DNA of 53,770 bases, filler included, from Jimgerdemannia flammicorona (GCA_003990765.1; 2 parts of 2 records of this genome joined end to end with filler, not necessarily neighbours in it); one strand, 5' to 3'; counted from the first letter of the whole stretch, positions 24,328-36,400 are shown. The notes: generated by a model from the sequence alone, not told the origin. Numbers and translations: made by a program.

Positions 24328-25867
24328 ATGAATGATGACAAACTCCAAACGTTTAAACAACTCTTTGCGAAAGGCGTCGTCGCCAAAGAGCAAGCTTTGG
24401 TGATACAAGCCAACAAATTCAACTTTCCGAGCAACGACGAGCTGTTGCGCCTCCACCTGGCAAGGTTAGGTGTGTCCGAGCTCCTCGAATACCTTGTGTG
24501 GATACCGATTGAGAGATTCAGTGGTAACCTGAAGGTATTAGGAAAAGGCGGATACTCGACCGTGTACACAGGGATTGTCGAGTGGCCGACCGGCTTCGCC
24601 TTTCCAACCATTCATACCATTCGACGTGAAGAAACCATCGTTAGACGGAAATATGCATTGAAAGCGATTGATATCAGTATGGCCTACGAGGTGAGTTAAC
24701 TGCCTTTCATTCCAACATTCATACTTATATTGTATCTCATCATTGATCCCGAATCTTTCTACTTGTCGGTATAGGTGATGGTGGCAACGCACATATCATA
24801 TCATCATACCATAACATCCGTTGGAAATGCTATCACAATGCCTATGATCGGACTCTCTCCAAACCCCGACCCTACCTCGAACAACTATCTCCTCGTCATG
24901 GAGTGCGCAAATGGGAATGTTGAACAAGAACCACTTAATTTCTCGAACTGGAAAGAAATCATGGCTGCTGCGACCGAACTGGTACGAAGCATTATGGCTT
25001 TGCATAAACTAGGCATCATCCATGGGGATCTTCACCCAGGAAACCTTGTGACAAAGGGAAGATGGCGCCAGTTACGCATCATCGACGTCGGACTCAGTGG
25101 CGCCATCAACATGTCACATGACTCAGAGGGTGTCTACGGCCGGCTTGCATACCTTCCGCCCGAAGTCTTCAACGGCGCGCCTTATACACAAGCCTCTGAC
25201 ATTTACTGTCTTGGCACCCTGATGTGGCAGCTCGTGACTGGCGTGCCTCCACGGGGTATCGCCAGTTCAAATAATTGTCTGCGAGAAGAGATGATACCGC
25301 AGATACCAATAGAGCTTGAACAGGCATTACGCAATTGTTGGAAAGTTGATCCGGACAGACGACCTTCCGCTACCGTTTTATTTGAATCCCTCACGAGATT
25401 TCTTGTAATGGCCCCTGGGGGTGAAGTTATGTTCCTCGCGGGCGATAAAGATTTTATGCCACCCCCGATACCTTTGTCTCCGAAGACAAGATCCTTCATA
25501 AATGCGAGGCGCCAATTGCATTCCGCTCAATCCAAGGCTTCAAGCACAAACACATCTTTTGTCTTTGGCGAAGCATCTACTACGAGCAGTGAATTTCACA
25601 CGTATGCCTCTCTTAGGAATCTTGGAGCCGTAGAGGACAATAGGTGTGTTTTCACACATGTACATGATCCTTTTATCACACGCTCAAATCAATGCTCACT
25701 CGCCACATTTTCATTTTCGCCGACAAAACTTTAGTAGTGTATCGAATGCGTCGACCTCGAGGGGGCAAAGTCGTGTATCGAATATATCGGCTTCGACTCG
25801 GCGAAGTCGTGTATCGAATATATCGACTTTGATTCGGCGCTCTTTGACCGCCGCCCTGTCTTTGTGA
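24328..25867 (+). CDS. Tyrosine-kinase-like (TKL) protein kinase, non-RD, ~454 aa; exons 24328-24690, 24775-25643, 25735-25867
   Basis: WIPIERF..LKVLGKGGYSTVY, YALK, IIHGDLHPGNL, IIDVGL, GVYGRLAYLPPEV, YTQASDIYCLG, CWKVDPDRRPSA. Introns GTGAGT..TAG (phase 0) and GTGTGT..TAG (phase 2; GTATGT in copy 1) keep the frame. If intron 2 is retained the CDS ends at 25734. CpG content is normal. Confidence 0.9.
25735..25840 (+). repeat. 36-bp coding tandem repeat x~3 (SRVSNISASTRR)
   Basis: AGTCGTGTATCGAATATATCGGCTTCGACTCGGCGA units; also present in copies 1 and 2. Confidence 0.75.
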
Positions 25868-26847
25868 AGTTGGCTTACATCACCGTCCAGCATTAATTGC
25901 ACCGTCAGTTTATGTGGGGCTCCCAACTTCGAAAGATTTGTCATGCAGAGCATCCCTTTTGACCCTTTTGACAATAAAATAAATATTTATATTTATTCGC
26001 CTGAATATTCTCTTGCTTTGTGTAACCTAGGAATGGGTACATACTATGGGTCGCGTTGGTCGACATCGGTATATATACTGATTTATCAGAGCCATAAAAG
26101 CTTCTCCCCTCATTTTTCCTTCATAATTTTCGTTGGATGGAACAGCCTTTTTCTCTGGCACCAATTATTACATTGTGAAGATTGTCCTTTTGCGGAAAAA
26201 ACCGCTATCTATTCGTTATCCAACGACACGACCATCCGTTTTCTTGTCCTCCTCCATTAAACCCATCTCAGTTCTCTACGACCTCCACTCTTATAATCTC
26301 CCTGTCTGGGCCCACCAACAAAAACGTCGCTAGCCCACACGCATCCCTCCCGACCATTTTCTCTTCCAGTCCAGCCGCCGCGCGTCTTCGCTCCGTCCCG
26401 ACGAACGCGCTCCCCACGCAAACAAGGTGTCACCCGACGCCAACGTGAGAAACGCCGACGAGACGCGCATGGCGCATCGAGGATACCGCGGCGCGAAGAG
26501 AATGACTAGGAATAGGAGTGTGTCGAGAATTGTCTTTGAAATTAGGGTAAAAGTATGAGGCACGTATTTTGAAATCGACGCGTCCCTTTGGTAATTAGGA
26601 CAAACGACAAGCGCTAACACAAATCCGTCTGGGCGCGCTACGTTGCACTACTGCGAATGGGCTTACGTAGGTTGGCCCAGGAATTAGATAGTATAAATAG
26701 TGGATCTTATTGATTATATAATAAAGCTTATCCTTGAAATATTGAATCGGCGTGCATTCATAAGGGACCAGTTATCCAAGGAAAACCGTGCACGATAGGT
26801 CGCTTCTCAGGCTCCCCGGGTGGCTCCACGACACTTTCTTTGGGGGG

Positions 26848-26947
26848 NNNNNNNNNNNNNNNNNNNNNNNNNNNNNNNNNNNNNNNNNNNNTTAATTAAT
26901 TAANNNNNNNNNNNNNNNNNNNNNNNNNNNNNNNNNNNNNNNNNNNN
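26848..26947. other. Assembly spacer: 44 N + TTAATTAATTAA + 44 N (artificial linker)
   Basis: Exactly 100 nt and symmetric, with a palindromic six-frame stop linker at 26892-26903. Confidence 0.95.
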
Positions 26948-27024
26948 ATTTTTTTTATAGTCACTTGGACTGCCCTTTATTACCGAAGTCTATAGTGCTA
27001 ACAATACAATGTCAGCCTCCCCCT

Positions 27025-30000
27025 CAACCAATGCCCCGTGGGCCCAGACCTCCCCCTTCGATCTCTCCCTACCAGAGCACCACCTGATCACCCACTACCC
27101 GAATCCTTCCACCACTCCTCTGGGAGATGCACTGCACCAACCCCCTGCAGCTCCCACCACCCATCCCCCAACCCCACCACCAGCTATTCAAAATGTCCAA
27201 AAGCAACCATTCCCAATGCGCCACCCTGTCCCCAACCCCAACCCGGTGCCCGTCCTCAAAGACATGAACCCAATGCCCAGCCAGCCCGACCCACATAGCT
27301 AAAGCCCACCCAAGTGTCAGCCACTCATCCCCAACTCCACCCACCAGTCACCGATGGAGCTCACCCCATCTCCCCCCTTCCTCATCCTCCAGAGCATTCA
27401 GCCCCACCTGGCTCCCAATACCTCTCCAAAACTCTTCCAAAACCTCACATTCACCAAGCCAATGTTCAGGCATTTGTACCACGCCTCCCTCCTGGCCAAC
27501 ATTGAAACACTCCTCGCACTCGAATACTCCACTGTCCACCAAGTGTCCAGACTGATAGTTCAACATCACATTCCTCTGCAGGACCTGCCACCATACTACC
27601 CAGAACTTGGGGGGCAGCCACTGCCTCACTCTTTTGCTCCAGAGCCAGAGTCCATTCCAGTCCCACTCCTCACCAATCCTGACCCTCTGCCAGGCCTCAG
27701 GCCAAAGGTCCCCACCTAGGCCTCGCAAACACTCCAGACCCTCACCAAGCTGAAAGTCCTCCACCAGAACACCCCCCAGTAACAACCTATCCCACCTCTA
27801 TATCTATGGTCCCCAATCCTCCTCAGCTTCATCACCTCGCCACCGAAGTCCAATCTTCTTAGCGCTATCCACCACCCCCCACCAAAAGCCCGTAAACTGC
27901 ATCCTCCTGCTCTCCTCCATGGCCACCATCGCGAGCAGGTTGCCCGAGTCACCATGTGGGGAGTACCAAACCTCCCACAATCGCTGCATTAGTGGCACCC
28001 ACTCCCGACCACGAAGCTTGCTTGCTCTTCACAGCCACCAAGCTCTAAGGCAAAGGAGCTGCTTAGTAAAGTCCACTAAGCCCAGCCCACCTCTTTCCAA
28101 GGGCAGCGTGAGCACCTCCCAACCGACCTGGCTCTGTCTCCCTCCCCAGATCCATGACCTTGCTATCTTCAACAACCCCTTGACCACCCAGGCTGGGAAA
28201 TCCAAATGATATCCCACATACCACAGCTTAGACATCCAATACACATTCAGCACCATCACCCTTCCAGCCAGGGACATATGCCAGCCTCCCCATTGCAGCA
28301 GAACATTTCCCCACTCTAACAATTTACGATCCCACCATGTCCAGGGAAGAAGAGATCTGAACACCGAGAAGTAGATCCCCAAATACTGCACTGGTTCTCC
28401 AGCTGGTACCACGGTACCAATGACCTCGCCACCAATAATTCCAGCACCTAACACCATAGTCTCGCACTTGTGCCAGTTCAGTTTAGCACCAGAGCCCCTC
28501 TCATACCATTCCACAGACCTCTGTAACTCCCCCACATCTACCAGGGAGCCCAGTCCGACCACTATGTCATCAGCAAAGGCCCCCACCTTCCAGTTAACTC
28601 CTAAAATATCCAAACCCCCAATTTGATGCCGAATTCTATCCAGTAGAGGCTCCAGAGAAAGGACATACAATATGGGTGACAAGGGGTCCCCTTGGGGCAC
28701 CCCTCATCTCAGGGGAAAGGTCACCCCCCTGTGGCCATTAACGACCAATGCCACCTGACTGTCCTCCAAGAGGCTGATCAATGATCCTCGGAACCCTGAG
28801 GGGACACCAATCCATTTCAGCACCCCCTCCAGCCATATCCTCCGCACTCTGTCATATGCCTTCTCCTGGTCCAGAAACACCAACCTGCCATCAACCCCTG
28901 CTGCCCGGACACCTTCAATCACTCCATGAACCCAAGCCGTCCCATCTCGAATCAACCTGCCACCAACAAACCCACACTGCTCCACACCCAGCACCTGCTG
29001 AGCAATTCCTTGCAGCCTCATCATCAAGATCTTGGTCACCAGTTTGTGGTCCATGTTGAGAAGCATAATAGGCCGCCAGTTCTTCCAGTCCTCATGCCTC
29101 CCCTTATTCTTGTAGAGCAAGGAGACCAGTCCTAAGCACTGTCCCCCAATCCATGCACCAGACCAAAGAACTTCATCATACATAGCAATCATCTCCTCTA
29201 CCGCCATACCAACTTCAGCCATTTTCTGCCAAAAATCCCAGGGGAGCCCGTCCTCTTCTGGGGCAGTTCCTTTACTCATCGAGGCCATTACTCTGCAAAT
29301 CTCCTCACCACACACTGGGTCCCCCAATGCCCCAAGCCCCATTGCAGGGTTTGGATGCCAATCCCCCAGCTGCCTCTCAACTTCCAGAGTGTCCATTCCT
29401 CCTTCCTCCTCACTCCACAAATTCCCCCACCGGTTCCTTAATAGTCCCAGAATCGCCGGCGACCCCACCACCAACTCACTATTCATGTCCAGAACCCCCT
29501 CCCACTGCTGCCTCGTTTGCCGTACCTGTAACAACCTCGATAAAAACCTAGTAGGCCTCTCTCCTTCCTCCAGCCCCTGCCACCACAAGCGAGCCACCAT
29601 TCCCTATAGCCTCACCTCCTCCTCCTTTCATAACACTCCTTTAAGCTCTTCGACCTCCTGTCGGATTCACACAATATGCCAATCCGTCCCTTCCCCATTC
29701 ACCAGCTCACCTGCCCATCTCCCCATGAGTGCTGCTAGTCGCCGTGAGGCCCACAGCACCCTCTGCCTTCGCTGAATACACTTCCCTTTCCCTGCTTCCC
29801 TCCAATACCTCTGGGCAGTTGCCTTCAGCCTCCTCCAACAGTCTCTGATCCCCAAGCCCTGTTCCCACCACTTACTGATACACCCAACCACCTCCTTTTC
29901 CCAACCCTCCCATAATACTGTATCCTCCAACAAGGAAGAATTTAGCTGCCAATGTCCAGGCCCATCCTCATTCCCCCCAAACCTCCCCCCTCCAAGCAGC

Positions 30001-30686
30001 CCCCAGTGATCAGACCATGGGCACCATATTACTTCCAGCACCGACCAGATATCCACTCCCCAACACTCCGCTGTCAGAACCCAGTCAATCCTGGAGCCCA
30101 GCCCTGCTGCCCAGTGAGTGTACACCTGCTGCTCAGCCCAAAGGTGTCTTCCTGAGTCCACTAAAGAACACAATCTCTCTATTTCCAGCCAGTCACCCAG
30201 CCCACCACTTTCGCCTCGCACACCTCTGCTGCCATCTGTTCTATCCATCTCCTTATCCTGTACCATGTTGAAGTCACCCCCCATACAATCCAGGCCAACT
30301 TCTCCCAATACACCAACCTCTTTCAATCGACAAATCCAATCCACCCTCTCCCCTCTTTCAGCTTGTCAATAACAAGACCCAACCATTAACGACCCCCATC
30401 CAGGCCTCTTCCACCTACCCCACACCACCCGAGACCCCCAATGTCCAATGTCCACAATATCCCCCATCCCTTTCCGAATGAGAATACACACTTTCCCCCT
30501 CCAAACTGCCACACCTCCCCATTCCTTAGTCCAATCCTGAAGGTCCACATCTTCCTCATATCGAACATCCTGTAGTAAGAAGAGGTCCGCGTCCAATCCC
30601 TTAAGCCATCCAAATATGTACTTCCTTCTAGCTGCCCCCCGTAACCCATTAACGTTCAATGTAAATATCTTAGTTGTACTGTTCAT
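27025..30686 (-). pseudogene. LINE C ORF2 (APE endonuclease, RT, CCHC), broken by point stops; 3' end approximate
   Basis: IFTLNVNGLR, MGGDFN, GSRIDWVL, WSDH, GPGHWQLNSSLL, NWRPIMLLN, LDQEKAYDRV, PQGDPLSPILY, AFADD, SGAKLNWHKC, SLAGRVMVLN, CEEC..EHWLGEC. Confidence 0.94.
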
Positions 30687-30717
30687 ATTGAAAGAATGTT
30701 GAATTGTCGCCCCCAAC

Positions 30718-32640
30718 CTAGTATTCCATGCTCATCTCATCTCCAGCCAGATCCAAGCGCCATTCCACTTCCAAGTCACCCTCCACATTAGCCTGAGCAT
30801 CCAGTGCCTCCAAGATTTCCTGGCATTCCACCCCATCCACAACCTCCATATCTGACCGGTAGTCCAAGCAGACTGCACGCCACTTCTCCAGTCCCTTCCT
30901 CAAATTCCACAAGAAATGTGCCCTGTCACTCGCAATCTGCCGAAGCTCCTCCTCCTGCTGATCATCCACTTGATATTCAACTGACTCCAGGAGAACAGCC
31001 AGGATCTCATTCCTCATCTTCCTCGGCACCTCCTCCCCTTGTAGGATCTCCTCCCAATGCCTCTCTTCCATCACCCGGAAGTCCTCACCCCCCAGCTCTT
31101 CCGCTGCTTCCCCTTCCAGGGTCTTCCACATCCACTTCTCATCATCCACTGCCTCTGCCGCACCCTGAGCGATACGTCCCCCATCCACCTTGGGGTCCAT
31201 CAGTGCGCTCCTCCTCACTGACTCATCCCACTCCTCATCCGGCACATCCAGTAGCTCCTCCTCCCCCTCAGCCACACCCAGGACACTATACTGAGGGTGC
31301 ACACCCTCACCCATTTCGGCATCTACTTCCAACCCGCCTTCCTTCTCTTCCCCCACTCCAATCCTAGCCCCACCCTGGGCCATTTCACCCCCCTCAGCCC
31401 AAGTGCTCTCCTGCAACCCTGCAACTCCCTCCCCTGAGTTTCCCCCAGCCCTACCCCCACCCAGCCTCGCCAGCAGCTCCTTCTGGATTTTCCTCCCCTG
31501 CATCTTCTCCCAAGCCCCCTTCTCCATCCTGACCCTCTTCCCGTCCACCTCCCCTACCACCGTCCTGGCCTCAAACTCCTTCCAGGCCAATCTTCTCCTT
31601 GCAACCACCCCTTCCAGATCCTCTAGTGCCTCCAACAGGTCCTCCTCCTCCTCCTGAGTCCCCTTCACCCTCATGACTTTGCACTCCACTGGTCCCCACC
31701 ACAGCATTGCTGGCCAGTCCCTCGACTTCCCCATATTCTCCTTCCCAAACAGCCTCACCCTAACATCGACATTACCAGTCCTCAGCACCGTGCCCTCCCA
31801 GACCTTGAACCCAACATCCACAATCTCACCATACTCCTTGATTGCCTCTACAACCAGCTCCCTGGTCATCTCCTTTGACATGGTTGGGAGATCCAACACT
31901 GTCAGCTGCACCACCCAGGGGTCCCAGTGCATACACCGGGCCATAGGGACCACCACCCCGCCAACTGTCACCCCCTTCTCCATGGCTTCCAACAAGGCAT
32001 CTTCCTCCTCAAACCCCACCTCAACCCCCTCCTTTCCCCTCAAAAACTTCACCAATGCTGCTCCCTTAGCCTCCTGCACCACCAACCCCAGAATCATCCT
32101 TGCTGTCACCGCCAAGCCCCGGAAGTACATAGTGACTGCGAATTCCGACCTCGACTTCTTGAGTAACGGGGCTGACACCATACCTGTCACACCATCTGCA
32201 AGGTCCCCGGGCCTCATGCCCGCTCCCAGTCCCGAATTGCCAATCGCCGTCACATCTGGATTTTTTGCCAGATCCCCAGTCACAACCCCATCAGCAGTCA
32301 CAGTGCCATCTCCAGCCCCTACTCCCACTCCCACTCTGCCACCTGAGACTCCCTTGGGTACACCTCTCTGTCCCTCAGCAGCTGCCGACGATGCCTTCCC
32401 CAGGCCCAGCCAATCATTAAGGCCTGAGGCCATCTTCTCCATCCTGACCTTGTCAGCGAAGGTCAACCTCTCCCCCCCTCTCTGCCTCAGCCCACCCCTC
32501 CCTCCACCCCCAGGACCTCAGCCAACCATCAAGGCCCCTGGCATCCCCAGACCATCTCCTCTCCTCCCCACCTGCTGCCAGCCAAAAGTACCGGCACCCC
32601 CCTGTCCAGCACGCTCACCAGTTCAATCATTGCCATCCAT
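30718..32640 (-). pseudogene. LINE C ORF1, 640 codons, with two early TGA stops
   Basis: ATG at 32640 follows the leader and is in frame with the open 582-aa segment 32466-30718. Confidence 0.85.
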
Positions 32641-32737
32641 GTTGATAGTTGCTTGACACCAAAACGTAATAAAAAGTGTTGCCTGAGTTCTTGTGTCACC
32701 TGAATGTTACTGGTGAAAGGTGCCACCAATTCTCCTT

Positions 32738-33281
32738 GGGGTCACCGCCAGCCCTGTTACACCATCTGCCAGATCCCCCTTCTGCATCGGGAACCCCTGC
32801 CCCACCTGGCCATCAGCCGTCACATCTCTTTTTTTTTCCTCATTCCCTGTCACACTCCCATCAATAGTCACACCCCCAGCCACAGCACCTCCATCCCCTA
32901 CACCTGCACTCCCAGCTGGAGCACCTCCCCCCCTTCTAAGGCTCGCCTTGCCCTTCCCCTCAGCAGCACCAGCCCTAGTACCAGCCAGCCACCCACTCTC
33001 CTTAACCTTGTCTGCAAAGCTCGGGAGACCAGATCTTCCCCCATTGCCTCTGGATACCAGTTCCCCTCCAGAGCCTTCTCCACTCTTTTGCCCTCTGAAG
33101 GCCCCCATCCCCAGGCCCTAACCCCTTCCCACCTGCTGCCAGTCGAAGGCCCTAGGTCCACCCGACCTAGTATGCACACCAGTATGTTCATTGCTTTCCA
33201 TGTTGCTAGTCACCTTTCACCAAAAATATTGTCAAAAGTATTGCCTGAGTCTTGTGTCACCTGAATGTTACTGGTGAAAGG
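32738..33281 (-). mobile_element. LINE copy D, 5' fragment (leader and ORF1 N-terminus)
   Basis: Minus-strand leader CCTTTCACCAGTAACATTCAGG starts at 33281. SFADKVKE...GDLADGVTGLAVTP, then the 5' end of copy C. Confidence 0.85.
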
Positions 33282-33446
33282 CTGTATAGTTCTGATGTCT
33301 ACAAATTGAGTTAAAGTAGTTCTTCATGATATAACTTTACTCAAGGAGAAACATAAGGTTCAAACATTATAGCTTGATATTGAATGAGAGGTTTCATTAG
33401 AAATTACAGGTGAAATATATCAGATACTATATAGACAGTACAAGGG
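33282..33446 (+). mobile_element. Gag-like fragment related to 40845-40925
   Basis: 33300-33385 (VKVVLHDITLLKEKHKVQTL*LDIE) matches 40845-40925 (IQVVLHNVTLLEEKCRVQTL*LDIE). Confidence 0.55.
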
Positions 33447-36400
33447 CACCCCTTTCTCCACTATCTTACTGGTTACAATGGTTTGGTAGGTAATCTTCCA
33501 AGTTTACTTTCTACAACTAATACCCCCTCTACCTTAGAATTGGTTTGCTATACCTATTGCAGAGCAGTGGGAGAGAGGCAATGGTGATGAGTTGTCTCTT
33601 TATTAGTATCAGATCAGTGTCTTCTCCACTTTTTCATGGTTTCTAGTACCTTTGGCTATATCTGGGGTATACCTATTTTGATACAGTACCTTCTTCCTTT
33701 TGCCATTACCAATAAGATATCATCTGGGTATATTATAATTATATAGAGAGTCAGCTGACCTTGGGCATCAAGTGCTCAGTATAGGTTACCTGCAGGTTCT
33801 CAGTATCTATAGTGGGGCCCTCTGGCTTTGGTGAGCTTCTCAGTAAGTGTGGTTCTGGTATAAGTGACTGTTTTTTGGGTGGTATTGGGATGGAAGAAGA
33901 GATGGCTGTTATAGATAAGAGGAAGGGCAATTATCAGCACACCTTTCACTAGTAACATTCAGGTGACACAAGACTCAGACAATACTTTTTGCAATGTTTT
34001 TGATAAAAGGAAACTAATAACATAGATAGCAATGAATGTACTGGTAAGTATGTCAGCCAGGGGGACAGCAGTACCTTTGACTGACAGTAGGTAGAGAGGA
34101 GGTAGGGAGATGGTTTGGAGATGCCAGGGCCTTCTATAGCTGGCCATGATATTGGTGGTAGAGGGAGAGGCAGATTGAGGCAGCAAGGAGGGAGGAGGAC
34201 AACCTTTGCTGATAGGGTCAAGATGGGGAGGATGGTGACTGGTCTGAATAGTTGGTTGGGACTGGGAAAGGTATCAATGGCTTTAGTTGGGGAACAGAGA
34301 GGGGCCCCAATAGGAGGGTTGGGCAGTAGGGGAGGGGGGGGAGAAGGGGCTGCAGATGTGACTGCTGATGGAGCTATGACTGGAGATCTGGAAAAAAATC
34401 CAGATGTGATGGTTGGTGGTGGATCAGGACAGAGGGTGGCATGAGGCCCAGGGACCTGGCAGATGACATGATGGGTATGATGTTAGCACTGTTGCTCAAA
34501 AAGTCAAGATCAGAATTCACTATCACATTGTACTTCTGAGGCTTAGTAGTGATGGTAAGGATGATCTTGGGGCTAGTAGTGCAGGAGAGAAAGGGAGTGG
34601 CTTCAATGAAGTTCTTGAAGAGAAAAGAAGGGGTTGAGGTTGGATTTGTGGAAGAGGAGTTGATGTTGAAGGCTTCTGAGAAAGGAGTAATGGTGAGAGG
34701 AGTGGTGGTTCCTATGGCCAGGTATATGCACTGGTACACCTGAGTAGTACAGTTGATGGTGTTAGATCTTCCTATAGTGTTAAGGGAGAGGGCCAGGGAG
34801 CTGATTGTGGAGGCAGTCAAGGAGTATGGGGAGATCATAGATATTAGATTTAGAGTCTGGGAAGGTACTTAACTCTGGATAAGAGATATTGATATCTGGG
34901 TAAGACTAGCTAGAAAGGAGAATATAGGAAAGACAAGGGACTGGCCAGTGACTATTAAGTGGGGATCAGTTGAGTGCAAGGTCTCATAGGTGAAAGGGAT
35001 GCTAGAAGAAGAGGAGGACTTGCTGGAGGCGCTTGAGGATCTGGTGAGAGTAGTAGAGAGAAGAATATTGGCTTGAAAGGAGTATGAAGCCTGAATGGTG
35101 GTGGAAATTATAGATGGAAAGAGGATCAGGATGGACAAGGTGGCCTGGGAGAAGGCACAGGAAAGATGAATCCAGAAGGAGCTGCTGGAGAAGTTGGGAG
35201 GTGGTGGGGCAGAGAGCAGTGCAGGAGAGGGTGGTGCAGGATTGTGAGAGAGTGCCTGGGCTGGGGAGCACAGGTCGATCCAGGGTGTGGCCCAAGGTGG
35301 ATCAAGTGAGGAGGGATAGGGTGGAGTGGTGGAGGATACTGTTATGAGTGAGAAAGTACACCCCCAGTATGATGTTTCATATGGGACAGGTGGTGAGGAG
35401 GAACTACTGGATGTACTGGAGGAGGAGTGAGATGAGTCAGTGAGAAGAAACTACTGGATATACCGGAGGAGGAGTGAGATGAGTCAGTGAGAAGGAGTGC
35501 TTTGGTGGACCCAGAGGTGGGGGCAGAAGGGGTCGCCCAGGGTGTTGCAGAGGCAGTAGATGAGGAGAAGTGGCTGTGGAAGACTCTGGAGGGGGTGGCA
35601 GCTAAGAAGCTGGGGGGAGAGGACTTCTAAGTTATGGGTGATAGGTATTGGGAGGAAATTCTTTATGGTGCAGAGGTACTGAGGAAGGTTAGGAATGAAA
35701 TCCTGGTGGTGCTCTTAGAATTAATTGAATATCAAGTGGATGATCAGAGGGAGGAGGAACTTTGAGTATTTATAAATGACCAGGTGGCATTCTTGTGAGG
35801 TTCAAGGAAGGGGTTGGAGAAGTAGAGAGTGGTGTGTGCAGACTATTGGGTGGAAATGAAGGTGGTGGATGGGGTGGAGTACCAGAAAATCTTGGAAGCA
35901 CTGAATGCTCAGACTGTAAGGAAAGATGATTTTGAAGTAGAGAGATACTTGGATCTAGCTGGAGATAAGATGAGTATAGAATACTAGGCTGGACTTTCAT
36001 TATCAAACATTATTCAATATGAACAGTACAACTAGAATCTTCTCTTTGAACATAAATGGATTGAGGGGAGCATCATGGTGGAGGAATATATTTGATTGGT
36101 TAAAGGGACTGGATGCAGATATCTTCTTACTACAGGATGTGTAGTATGAGGTGGATGTGAACTTATAGGATTGGACTAGAGAATGAGAAGGAGCAGCTAT
36201 GTGGTCTGGATGGGTGGGCATTCTAATTAAAAAGGGGATGGAGGACATTGGAGATATTGGATATTGGGGGAGTAGGTTGGTGTGGAGAGTGTGGAAGAGG
36301 CCTGGGTGGAACCCTTTGACTGTTGGGTCATATTATTGCCTGGTGGAGAGGGGGGAATATGTAGATTGGATCAGAGGCTTGAGAGAGACTGGTATTATGG

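Larger units (their letters stand above)
26949..32720 (-). mobile_element. Full-length L1/Tx1-clade LINE copy C, the least decayed copy
   Basis: Poly-T at 26949-26955. Minus-strand leader CCTTTCACCAGTAACATTCAGG starts at 32720. Long ORF1 and ORF2 segments. Visibly retains more CpG than the other copies. Confidence 0.96.

Noticed and set aside
26428..26847. Possible LTR (TG..CGACA end, TATAAATA, AATAAA, then TGGGGG resembling a tRNA-Pro PBS) just before the gap
   Set aside because: No TSD or second LTR; the candidate starts are shared with the kinase tandem unit; the gap removes the diagnostic sequence.
31673..32656. 327-aa plus-strand ORF and similar Ser/Pro/Thr-rich antisense ORFs (5729-6301, 6641-7297, 8417-9034)
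   Set aside because: These are antisense shadows of G-rich LINE ORFs; the C-rich strand is naturally poor in stop codons.
33300..33385. Minus-strand ISSYNV*TL resembling the start of an RTE-type endonuclease
   Set aside because: No downstream EN motifs; the plus-strand frame is longer, is shared with 40845-40925, and leads into the Gypsy gag knuckle.
35403..35496. 47-bp tandem duplication in LINE E ORF1
   Set aside because: Found in one dead copy only and shifts the frame; a local duplication with no sign of function.
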